This document shows positions 22,508-34,387 of a stretch of 64,000 nt of DNA, in pieces; positions within the stretch are counted from its first letter, which is position 1, and the number at the start of each line of letters is the position of its first letter. Below the pieces are notes generated by a model, which had not been told where the DNA came from, made no database searches, and was given only the letters and a program-made list of their open reading frames with translations. This stretch comes from Klebsormidium nitens (lineage: Eukaryota > Plantae > Klebsormidiophyceae). Where the stretch lies: positions 1-64,000 of the forward strand of contig DF236978.1 in NCBI GenBank assembly GCA_000708835.1, written 5' to 3'. A program made the translations under genes and the position numbers.

Positions 22508-25284
22508 ATGGTGTACTCACACGCTGACGCCGCAGGGTGGACTCTGTACTGGATCACGTATGGCATCATGGCGGTAACCGCGCTCATCTTCTTTGCGATG
22601 TCACTACGGAGACCCATCCAGCAGCGCTCGCATCACTGTAAGCAAAGCTCCTCTATCACTCCCTGAATTTGTCGGATCCTTCCATGGTTTACTCAAAGAC
22701 TGACTTTAGGGGCTCAGAAAGACTTACTGGCAGCATTGTTGTCAGGTCAAATGCATGTGTTGTCTCTGGAACGCCGGTAAAATACCCCAGGATGTGCAAT
22801 TTGTAGGAGGGGGCAAGACGAAAAGGACCCCCAAGAGGATGAAGGTTCTCGGAAGGATCCTCATTCGAAGGTCTACATTGAAATAAGTGATGATTGTGGG
22901 CCTTCGTCATTGGACTCGTAGATTGAGTAGAATTGAGACGAAGTTTGGGCATGAAGAGACTTGGCTTTTGAAGCCTTGAAAACGATCAAGCTCAGGGTTT
23001 CTGAGCGGAGATTGTTGCGACTAATCAAAAACCTGTGTTGGATGCAGATACATCCTTCCTGATCGTTGCGATTGCTAGTCTTGCCTACTACGCCATGGTA
23101 AGAGACTTGAATCGTTGCATGAAACAAAAGTTTAGCGGAGACAGTCATTCGCAAATTAGAGGTTTGTTGTCTCACATTCTGAGTGGAAAGGGATTGTGGC
23201 AAGAAGCTTCGTCTTGAAGTTGTATCTAGGCAACCTGGCTGGCGCCTTCCTGGAGGCTTGATAGAGAGAGCAATGCATGCTCCTCTTCAGGCCAGCAAAC
23301 TGTTCTAAAGTTTACCAAGGATCGCAGTTGAATCCGATCCTGTGGACTGCAAGCAAAGCGAAACTGACGTACTGTTGTCAGTCTGTCCAAGCCTCGCCTT
23401 AGAACTCCAATCTCGTTTCGAATTCACAAGCTGTAGTGCGCGGGAGATTCAGTGGGGCCTTCAGAGTTCAAAGCGAGGTTGCAAGGACTAGACTCAAGCA
23501 TAGTCATTGGCCAAGATAATGACGCAGCGAGCTCAAGCCGAGTCTACACTAAGAGCAACCTTCGCTTTTTCGCCGGCCGGCTCGCTAATCCAACTCGACG
23601 CCCATGCTTTCTGCAGGCTTCACAAGGCGGCAACACCAGGATCCGCGTTTACCAAGGACCGGCTGATTCATACCGTCAGATCTTCTGGGCGCGCTACGTG
23701 GACTGGTTCTTCACGACGCCGCTGCTCCTGCTGGACCTCGTTCTGCTGTCCAACCTGTCCAAGCTCCGAATCGCCGCCATCATGGTTGCCGACATCTTCA
23801 TGATCCTGACCGGGTTGTTTGGCGCCGTGGAGGCGCGCAGCAACAAGTGGGGCTGGTTCGTCTTCGGCTGCATTTTCATGCTCTACATCTTCTACGAGCT
23901 GCTGGTCAACGTCCGGAAGGGAGCGTATGCTCGTGGCGGCCAGCACGGTGGGTGTGCGACCAAGTCCTTATCTTCGGCAGGACGTTTATCTGACTGCCTG
24001 GTTCGATGGTTCACGTTTCTTACCACAGTGCCCGGTACAGTTGGGCCACTGTCCTCCAATATCTCAACCTGCTTGGACCAGAAATGGAAGAACGATATCA
24101 GGCGCCGGAGAGTGGGTCGACTTTTTCGCTTCAAAAGCTTCTGGAACGAACGCGTTCTGCACTAGCATGAAGGGGATGACGGGGGTCAGTATCAGAGCCA
24201 AGTCGTTCGAGGGATCTTCAATGCAGTGCGTCACACCGAAATTGGTTTGCTGTGCAGGCATGCTGTACAGCGTCCTTCTGGTGTGGCTGCTCATCCTGTG
24301 GGTTCAATACCCCGTTGTATGGGGCCTGGCAGAGGGCTCCAGCACCGTATCCTCCGACACTGAGGTAAGCGATCCACACAGCGACTACTGCCGAAGCACT
24401 TGCCAGCGTTCTAATAAATACGGACAGCACTTGCCTCTTGCTCGAGCGTCTCCTAGGATGTTGTTTCGATGTTGATTCACGGAGAACCGTTTGCTTTCTC
24501 TTCTGACGGGATGGATTTCATTCACGTACTCAGATCGCGGGCCCCAGTCTCAGAAAGATGGATCCTTTCCGAGCAACGCGTTGCCAGGACTTTTCCAAGT
24601 CGGTTTAGCCAAGCCACAACTGTAGACAAGCGTTTTTTCGTACCCCATTTTGCAGATTGCTTGGTACGCCGCTCTCGACATCTGCGCCAAGTGCGTCTTC
24701 GGCTTCATCCTTCTCCTGGGCATCGAGTCTATCGACCGCAAGAGAGCCGCCACGGGCTCGTCCAACAAACCGCCGATGCCAGCTGGCACGACCAGGTACG
24801 CTTGCAGTAGAGAGTTTGACCATATGGTGGCCGTCCTCTTTCCCTAAGTGTCCTTTATTGCTTCTTAGATTTGGCGGGGAATGTGCCGGCAGAATAAAAG
24901 CGGCCCTGAAGCTTTGCGTTAAGCTGCTTCACGTCAAATTCTTCATTGCATCAAACCACCTGATCAACCAACCGAACCTTCAACGCTTCACCTCCCCGCA
25001 CGTGAATTTTCTATGAGGGCGTCGACGCCTGATTCCTGGGCGCAAGTAAGAGGGCTTGTAAGCGCATTGTATGCTTCCATTTGTTGTCGAGAGCTGTGTT
25101 TCCAGTGTACCCTCGTAAGAATTGCGGCTACAGAGTCTCGGGTGTCTATGTTCGGATCGGCAAAGACAAGTGAGTCGACTGTTCTCCTGCTGAAGCTGTC
25201 GGCTGGTCGCCTGTGCCTTGCAGGACGGGAGCATCTGCGGCGCCCGCCGCGGCCGCCCCTGAGGTTGTCCGCGACGTTGTCTAA
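22508..25284 (+). CDS. Microbial (type 1) rhodopsin, DTD-motif light-driven proton pump, 272 aa
   Basis: Exons 22508-22637, 23048-23097, 23617-23947, 24258-24364, 24656-24795, 25224-25284 join in phase to 273 codons. Helix C WARYVDWFFTTPLLLLD, helix D ADIFMILTG, helix F LWVQYPVVW, loop AEG...DTE, helix G LDICAKCVFG containing the Schiff-base Lys. Confidence 0.95.
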
Positions 25285-26688
25285 ATTAAGGCAGTCAGCT
25301 TCTGCAGTTGCCAACTTATTGAACCCCATCGGCCCTATGGAAAGTTCACCTAGCTAGTGTACAGGAAGACAGTTTAGATCGCGGTCACCAAAACAGCGTG
25401 CTTTTGGTTGATGTAAAGTATATTGGTAGGTCATGCGAATTACCCCTCTGGACAATTTAGGAAAGTATACTTTTAAAAGGGGGATGTAGACGACAAACTT
25501 TTTTACATGTTAGGTGCACGCTATTCAGATTGGCGGCCGCCAAGCCCCCGCCGAGTGAAAACAACGGCCTTATGGAGTTCGATTGCGATATTACTAACAC
25601 TTTAAATAAGGCGGTTCATGACCATTTCTTAGCTGAACGTCCCAATATCCCAATTGTCTTCAGGCCAGTGCGCAATGCATGGCATGACGTACAGCTCTAT
25701 ATTGCGAGAAATTATCAATAAAGGAAAGAATCCGACCACCTCAGGGTATAAATATTCATGCTGAGTGGCATTGAATTGACGAAGTAAAACTTGGATGAAA
25801 CACGCCCATGAATGTGCTATAGGCGAAATATGTAGGTAGCAGATGTTATGGCGGCCGCCATGGCTGGCCGGATTTGTATGCTCCAATGGCTGCATCGGGG
25901 ATCGAGCTGGCAACAGAAGGATATAGTATGCATCTCCGGGAATCTTCTATACCATGATGAATTCACCGATGGGCTGCGCCGGAATGTCAAGTTCAATCAA
26001 GCATATTGTTCACTATGATTTCGATGATCGAGTTCGCGACTCATGAACTCAACGTTATAAAAGATGTGCATGACTTTTGAGATAACTAAAAAGTGAAACA
26101 GGCGTGTCGATCAGGCCGGCGACATATACACCAGAGGACCGCAATAGCTAGTAGGTTGAAAGGATCAACTGCAAAGCCGTTGGCCATGTGCATGCGCATG
26201 CATGCTAGCTTAATTAAGGGACTTCATTAAACTTGGCGCTGATAAGCACGAAGTTCAAGTATACATAAGGTCTGACAAAAAAGCACACGAATGCCATGAT
26301 GCGCCAAGCAAGCACTCGAAAGGAGCTTCACTCAATGTTACCCCATTGTTTCCAAACACCATTCTTCTTAACCCCTCGATCAATTGCTGCTCCTACAAAT
26401 AAGGCAAGCCAAAGCATCGACTGAGGTGTTTGCCAACTATTGTATTGATTGATGTAGCAACCCAACACTGGGCTTTGAGTCACGCTGTGGTTGCCATCCA
26501 ATTGCAATTCTTGGACAATGACATTAAATCGTGAGTCAGCTTGACTCATACAAACCCTTGACGCGACCTGATCTCGACTTAGAGCGCTTCCGGCTTCATT
26601 TACATGCTTGATGGCGACCTTCGCCCTGCAAGCAGGGTACCTAGATTATTCCCCCAGCCCATTACCCCTTCCCTCATTTGCACACTCC

Positions 26689-28855
26689 TCACAGCAAACT
26701 GTAACCATACCGTTTTGTCACTTGCTTCGCAGCCGCCATCAAAGCGGCTGTCGCTCCCCCTACCGCCCCCGCAATCACCGCCGTTCGAGGGCCTGCCGCA
26801 GCCTTATACAATGTGCCCGTTGCAAGCCCTGCCGCAATCTGGTTTAGCATATCATCCTCTCCCCGGTAGTGGTTTATCAAACTCTCGCTGCCGGCGTAAA
26901 GCAAACCCAGGATGCCTAACATGTTTCCCGCTTGCCGACCTCGGTGGCCAGAGGCGTTGAGTATCCGGTTGAGGCGCAGCTTCGTTGTGTCGGTAGCTTC
27001 TGTTCCCCGCACGCCTTCCACCAGCCCCCTGCCACCACCAACAACGGCACCTGCAGTGAAAATTCTGAACATTGAGCAGTCTGATTCACAATTTAAAAGC
27101 AGCAGCTCCCGCTTCGTGACCACTCAAGGTGCGGTTTGATCGTACCATGTTAACTTGAAAAGTGGGCACAACACTATTCTGTACGGACTCCGAAGAATCC
27201 ACTCTAAGAGCGTCCAACGCTTTGTGAGCCTGTGCCCAAACAAGGTTTACTGGATGCGGGCTCATTCCAATGCTTTCAAGTAATCTTCCCAATCGATCTC
27301 AAAACTCTTCGTCTGCCCCATATGTGTCATGACAGCTTAAAAAGTATGTCAAGCAGGACAGTCAGAGATGGATGCCTGAAACCGCGCTTTATTCCAAAGC
27401 AAAACATGTTTCAGAATCACAAAACCACGCAAAACTGAAGGCAGTGCAAAGGAGTAACTACTCAATGCCCCAATACCGACGTCCAGACCAACGCCTTGGG
27501 CAGCAGGGCCAAAAACTACACGATCAACTTGCTTTCACAAACAGTGGCGTCCGATGCATCAAGAAGAGAAGAATCATAACGGACGCTTTACTCTTAAACT
27601 CTACAAGATACAATGCTGAAACGGAAACACAGTAGTATGTCAATTGGGGCTCTCAGAAGATGCGAACCACAGCCATAAACTGGACACCAGAGCCCCGTCT
27701 CGCTTTTTCAGACTTCCATTCGTAGAGTTAGACACCCATCGGCAATGTGACCAAAAAACTCAACCCTCCGGGCACTGAATCAGAGACAAAGCGGCCATCA
27801 ACAATCAGACTGACGATGTGGCGCCACTGCCCCGTTGTAAGGACTGCATACAAGGTGTTTTTGCGCATCCTCCTTTGAGAAACTGAACTTTAGCTGCTTT
27901 CGCGCAGACACATAGACACCAAAGAATCACGGAGCCAATAGCTGCCAGACTGCTAGAATTGGAGAGCACACAAATGTGAAATGATAGACACAAAGGTCCC
28001 TGTTAGACGAAAGCATTAGGCAAAAAGACCTCTTTAACATTGCACACCGATGTCCAGCATGGCCTCTCCTCTTTTCAGGATACAACCAAATCAGCGCGAT
28101 ATTCTCGATCGATGCATACGAAGGTCCACTCCAACCCAGAAACAGAATATTCGCCGTCCAACGATGCCCAATGAACTTTCTGAGCAACTTTTGCCTACCA
28201 CCCAACATCGTTTCAGAAGCTTTAGCTCTGATCTGACATCAAGGCTGTGGTAAAAAAGCTGCGACCCACAGATGCGGCCAGAGGATCTCTGAACACCATT
28301 ACCAAGGAATTGAAAAACAATTGAGCTGAAGGCGGTCCGCAAACAGATTCAGCCACCCTCTCAACGACAAAAGAACCTTGCAAAAGCGAGCACAGATTGA
28401 TGATGAACCAGGCACTCCAAGAAAACGTCTCGAACCTCAAATTTCCGCGACCAGAATCCCAACATCTATAAATGATGAGAAGTTTTTCCGCCTAGATCAA
28501 CCAAACAGGTGCATATTGTGCTGGCCGTGCAGACCGACTCTTTAATAAGAGTACACCTAAGCCGAGCATGGTTTACCGGGCCCTGCAGCTAAACAGATCT
28601 CGTATTTAGCCAGCAAAGCATGCAGATTTTACCAGCAAGATAACCACCCCCCGTCCAGTATGTCAAGTTGTCGCTCCATGACCTCCTTTGTACCGCTGCT
28701 TCCTCTGTGAACAGAAACTCTGGTGCATCAGGGAGTCTGTAAAGATTACCAACACTCTTGCCGTCTAAAGCTCCATGCAGATCTGCGTATGGATTATACA
28801 GCCGCCCACCCCCCGAAGTGCTCTCCTGAAAATCCTCCCCAACCTTTGTCGTCAT
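26689..28855 (-). CDS. TIM23: Mitochondrial inner-membrane translocase subunit Tim23
   Basis: Exons 28855-28633 (RLYNPY...YRLPDAPEFLFTEEA..RRSWSDNLTYWTG) and 27050-26689 (DTTKLRLNRILNASG..GRQAGNMLGILGLLYAG...KQVTKRY), phase 1 junction. Confidence 0.92.
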
Positions 28856-29473
28856 CACTAATCTCTCAAACCCTCAATTGAAGCTTCTAGCAGCACAGCA
28901 GCAAGAGTTGCTCTCCCTGACAGTGCTAACAATGGGCTCCCAAGATTTTCCTATCTCTCTCCAAAAATAAAGCTTTGGCCTTCCGCTGCTTGGACGTGAG
29001 GGCGCCCTTGCGAAGAATAGCTCATATGCCAATGGCGAAGCTTAGGTAGGTACCGTAGGTTAAATATGGTAGCGCACCCTGCGACAGTTCTGGGATTACC
29101 GGTAGCTTCTGCTGTTCTCTTTTCCTGTTCACTGGCTGAGGCTGCCGCTGAGGTACGAACCCTGGTGAAGTTTTCTTCTGGTCATATCTGGGCTGTCTGA
29201 CAGCATAAGCGGATGGAAATTCCATGTTCATGTAAGTCGAATGCGCATCTGTGAAACGTCCGATAGAGAGAGTAGGTAGGCTAATCGTCGATCGACCATC
29301 CAGAGTGTATAAGCCCATGGTCCTGGAGCTATATAGGGTTATATACGGTATAAGCCGTTTACCACTGGACTGTGGACAGACTGACTCAAAAGGAGTCAAA
29401 ACGAGTTGAGCAGACTATTAGTAATAGGCTATTAGTATTGAGCTTGGATCAGGGGCACCAAGCGGAAACAGCA

Positions 29474-32400
29474 ATGGCGCTGGCAAGGCGAGCAGCCTCA
29501 TGTGGCCTCTGTGGCCGCGGTGCTCTTCTGGGTCAGCATTATGAAGCCTCCGGCAGCAATCAGCAGCAGCAACAACCACGTCTTGCGCGCTTTTCAGACT
29601 CATTAAGGGGCAAAGAAAAGTCTGGCAAGATACGGGTACACGCTGGTGAATCAGTAAGCCGCACATGGGCACAGTCGAACATCCGGGCCACTCTAGCTCA
29701 GGATAGGCCTACAACCGCAGCGTCTGATGGTTCGGCCCTTTTAGAAAAGTTTGCAGCACCCAAGGGGCAGGCAGCGGCCTCCCCCCCTAGCGTCCCTGTC
29801 ACAGCAAAGAAGCCGCCATGGCTGAGGCAAAGGGCACCGCAGGGGGAGAAGTTCGAGGAGCTGAAGGATTCTCTCCGCTCTCTCAAGCTTAATACAGTAA
29901 GTTTGGAATGGTGATCCTCCATTTCACTTTATGCAGAGATCTGATGGGGGGTGGTTCGACGTGTAGCTTCATGGATCATATGATGGAAGATGTAGCGCTA
30001 CTTGGTCACTTTTCTGAGATCAGCTTATAAAAGATTTGCTGTGCCAGATAGTGAATCATCTACTTCCCCTCAACAGGATGGGGCCTTTCCAAAAACAATT
30101 CTTCCTCATCGGGGATCCTTTTCCTGTATGTCGTTGTCACATTTCTTTCCTGATGTGTATGTCCTAGTCAGGCCCCCTCAATAGCGCTTTCCAAGAAGAA
30201 CAGCTTGTTTCAGTTTTCTCTTCTGCCCTCTCTGACTTTCATCGAAAATGTATCACGCGTATCATCTTGTAGAGCAGACCTCGCGGCCCGTACGGAAGCA
30301 CTGCAAATTGGTCAGCCAGTAATCTCCAATCGAGATCCTTTAAGTCTCGCGCTCCAGCCCCCACATTTGTCACCTGGAAGTCCATCAAGAAGTGTTGTGA
30401 ATAATCTTGAAACAGTTTCCTGGCAATCAACGATGGGGTAGAGCAGACTGACGAGTTATGATTGGTCAGGTGTGTGAGGAGGCGCAGTGCCCCAACATTG
30501 GGGAGTGCTGGAACGGGGGCGGCGGCGCCGGCGGCGACTCGAAGCACCACAAGGCGACTGCCACCATCATGCTGCTGGGGGACACCTGCACTAGGGGCTG
30601 CAGGTTCTGCGCTGTCAACACCGCCAGGATCCCCCCACCCCCAGATCCAATGGAGCCGGAGAACACCGCAAGAGCGATCGCGGAGTGGGGGTGAGCTTGA
30701 GTCTTGTTTCTTCTTGCCAAGGTGCTCGTAAGACAAGCTTGTGACTGGTTGCTATTCTCCTGCAGTACGAAGTTCTGTTGTTTTTGGGCTTTGCTTTCAA
30801 GTTCAGTGGATGATACTGATTTGCCTGAACAGTGAGTGTGTGTATGCAGGAGTCTTGTTAAGTCCTTGAAGATGCTGAATGAATACGCCTGTCAGGGTAA
30901 TGGCGTCTTAATCATCCAAGCTTTCTAATGAATACCAGGGACACACAAAACTTTTTCAAATGATCTGCGCTGTATAGTAACTTTCAAAGGACATTTGCGC
31001 AGGGTGGGCTATGTTGTGCTAACGAGCGTTGACCGAGACGATCTTCCAGATGGGGGCAGCGAGCACTTTGCGCGGACAGTACGCACACTGAAGGTGAGTC
31101 AGAAAGTCTGTGATGAGAGTTGACACAGTGAAAGAGTGACTGTGACAGCCCATGGGAATCATCATGGACAGTCGGCACTACAGCTAATTTGCAACCCTTT
31201 TCAAAGAGGGTTGTATCTTCCAACAACAGCGCATTGCGATCCTTTTCATAGAGTGTTGTGATTTCAAACAACGGCGAATCTGCGATCCTTTTCGTACAGT
31301 CTTGTGTCTCTTTCACGAAGTGTCGCGTATTCCTGGGTGCAGAGCATCACATCTTTGGTGCCTGCTTGAGCAATCTAAGCAACGCTTCAAGATCGTGGCC
31401 AAACCACTGGCATCACCTTGCCAATTCAACAGCATGACGTGCCTCGCACGCAAGCTACGTTATGTTACCAAGGCAGTGATGTCCTCTGACGTCATTACTA
31501 CGGGCTATCTACAGGCTCTCGCTCCCGAGATCTTGGTGGAGTGCCTGACGCCTGACTTCCGAGGGGACTGGGAGGCAGTGCGGCACCTCGCTGTCTCGGG
31601 CCTGGACGTCTTTGCCCACAACATTGAGACAGTGAAGCGGCTGCAACGCATCGTCCGGGATCCGAGAGCAACGTAAGCCCCTGGATGTCTCAGCAGCTTT
31701 CCGTCGACACGCTTGAGCTTTTGAGCTTCATATCAAGATCTTCTGGTAGGATGCGACTGAGGGAGGTCAATCAATGGAACTTCGACTTCCACTTACAAGT
31801 ACGACCTTCCCAGGGCCTCTTGTAACTGCATTCGCCTTTACAGGGAATGGCCTGTAAACTTACGGTGCTTCATGAACAGCACATGAAGCTGTTCAAAACA
31901 GCTTGCTGGTTCAATCCTCGATGTCTGTGCTAACTGTCTCCTCATCAAACTGGCAGAACTGGGGCAAAAGAGCCACGGCTACCGCTGCTTGAAAGCTGTG
32001 TCGAATCTACGGCAGCCTCGTCGCAGTACATTGCGCTGGCCTATTCTCTTCATCGCACAAGAATCTTACAGATTTTCCTTGGAGCAGATGCCCAGTCCTT
32101 TCGCTATTGTTGTTCCCAGGTACGATCAGTCGATGGAGGTGCTCCGGGTGGCCAAAGGGTCCAAAGCCGGCCTTGTGACCAAGAGCAGCATTATGCTCGG
32201 CCTCGGGGAGAAGGACGACGAAGTGTTGCAGACCATGAAAGACCTGCGGGATGCTGGGGTGGATATTCTCACCTTTGGGCAGTACCTGCAGGTGAGGCGG
32301 TGTGAATGGACGCTGTGTTTTATTGATACCTTCCGTGCTCTGAACTTGGGTGACAACGTCAAGTGATTTCTGCTCCTCTGTTGAAAGGGGTATCGCAAGG

Positions 32401-33342
32401 CCGTGGCGCTTTTGCAGCGGGGGAAGATCGGTCGAATGAGCACCGACATCTTCTGTCGTGGCATCGTGGTTGGAGGGGGTTGCTTTGCAGGCAGAGAGCG
32501 TATCTTAGAATGCCACTATGCAAGTAGAGTCCGTAAAGTCCGACTACCTATCTCAGCAAAAGCAAAGCGACGTGTTTGTGGTTTGCAAGCCACGAGATGC
32601 AATTGTCTGACACTGGCTCGACAAATCCTTGACCTTCAATCGGGATGATAGGCAGACGGAATGACAAAACCGTTGTCTCTTCGCACAAAGTCTGTGCAAC
32701 GCGTTGCTTTCTCTGTTGCAACGGCTTTCAGAAGGGCTGTTGAGTGGGTTCGATGACCCTCACATTCTTGTCTCATTCAGCCAACGCCGCTGCACCTGAC
32801 GGTCAAGGAGTACGTCACCCCCGAAAAGTTCGACCATTGGCGCGTTGTTGGAGAGAAACTTGGATTCCGATATGTTGCGAGCGGTCCTCTGGTACGCCGT
32901 CAACTTCACTGCCTTCACGTCGCTGCTTACTTATCTAATCAGAAGTAACTTTTGCTGTGGCCCTCGCATTTAAGACTTGTGGGCCCTTCTTGAGTGAAAT
33001 CCCTCTCGTTGCAAACCCGATTTTGGAGCGACACACAGCACCTTGCAACCCAGTTTACAGCAATGCAGAGTCAACTCGTGCTAAAGGGTTGACGCGGAAG
33101 CATACGGGTCAGCAAACACTTTGGGACGCCTTCTCAGAAGGTTTATATGCGTAGGCGGACAGTTGCTTTGGGAACACAGGGCGCAGGCCTTGGGTAACAG
33201 CAAGGAAAGGCCTCTACCGAATGTTGCGTACTCCTGTAAAAGATTTCGCCTCGTTCTGCAGGTCCGCTCGTCTTACAGGGCGGGCGAATTCTTCGTCGAG
33301 AGCATGATCAAAGAAGACAGGCAGAAGGCGGAAGCTGTGTAG
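29474..33342 (+). CDS. LIP1P: Lipoyl synthase (radical SAM), plastid LIP1p type
   Basis: Exons 29474-29896, 30470-30690, 31003-31093, 31515-31672, 32120-32291, 32781-32891, 33262-33342. Motifs: [22 protein letters not shown] (CX4CX5C), CTRGCRFC (CX3CX2C), [26 protein letters not shown]-terminal presequence-like extension. Confidence 0.93.
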
Positions 33343-34387
33343 GGCTGAGTTAAGCTTGAGGTAACATGTCTGCCTTTGAGAATCACACACGAAGATTAGG
33401 CATGAAGTTGTCACTAGCTGCGACACAAAAGGGTCAAATAGCAACACTTGGGCGCCTCTGCGGTAATCATCGTCAATCAGCCCGTGCCAGAGAGAGCGGA
33501 CCCCCTGTACAGCTGAATCTACTTTTGCAGTTGCAGAACAGTCGATGAATTGAGAGGCCTTAGTCTAGGTTCATGTAAGGAGCGGCCAGATCCCTCAGCA
33601 CGTCTTGACCTAGTCGGGTTTGACTCTGGCTGCAGGGGCCGCATCCATTCAGTTTCACGAGTGCCGGGTGTTGTTTTCACCTTACCCACTCGTTCGCTGT
33701 GGATCTTAGTGCGTCTGAGATATCAACATCGAAAAGGCACTCAGATCATGATCAATCGAAATCGTCATGTCCGACGGTGCGCATGCTGCATGCCTGCAGT
33801 GTGCTGGAGCTGCATGCCCATATAGACTGCCAGCGAAATCGCAAACATGCATATTATTGAATCAAGTCAACTGTTGCACATGCACATGCGCGATCATGGC
33901 GTCGGAAACAATTTCGCATCCGACAGGCACTGATTTGGCATATATGAATGTTGGCACATTCGTAGGTTGCCTACAAAAGACCGCTGCGCGCATAACCAGC
34001 TTGAAGTCCCAACACATGGCTGCCACATGTGCCACCTCATGTCACTCACTGCGCACTTGCGACCACTTCGATGGTCACCACTGGTTAGAGCTGCGCCGCC
34101 GGCCTGCCCTTGAACGAATCCAATCGCGCCTCGACGATTGCCAAGATATGCCGAGAAGGCCATCTGCCAAGATGTTCCAGGACCCTGATATGAGCAATTG
34201 ACATCAACCCCCGTCCTTGTGGCGACGGCAATGATCGACTACCATGAAATTTGAACACTCTGGAGGCCTTCACGACCTTGCAGACCTCTGACTATGGCGC
34301 TAGCGTCGCAACCCTGGCAGTACAGGTTGCCACGTATTTCTAAAACTCCGATTCTCCCTCTCCGATTGCGTTTGTCGACTAGACTCC

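Noticed and set aside
17370-25284. Bacterial contamination or a prokaryotic operon as the source of blh/rhodopsin
   Set aside because: Both genes have five spliceosomal introns in the same style as their neighbours and are contiguous with plant-type nuclear genes.
22508-25284. Channelrhodopsin or sensory/enzyme rhodopsin assignment
   Set aside because: DTD motif, E194/E204-like pair, Ala at the 215 position and a short C-tail with no fused domain all fit a proton pump.
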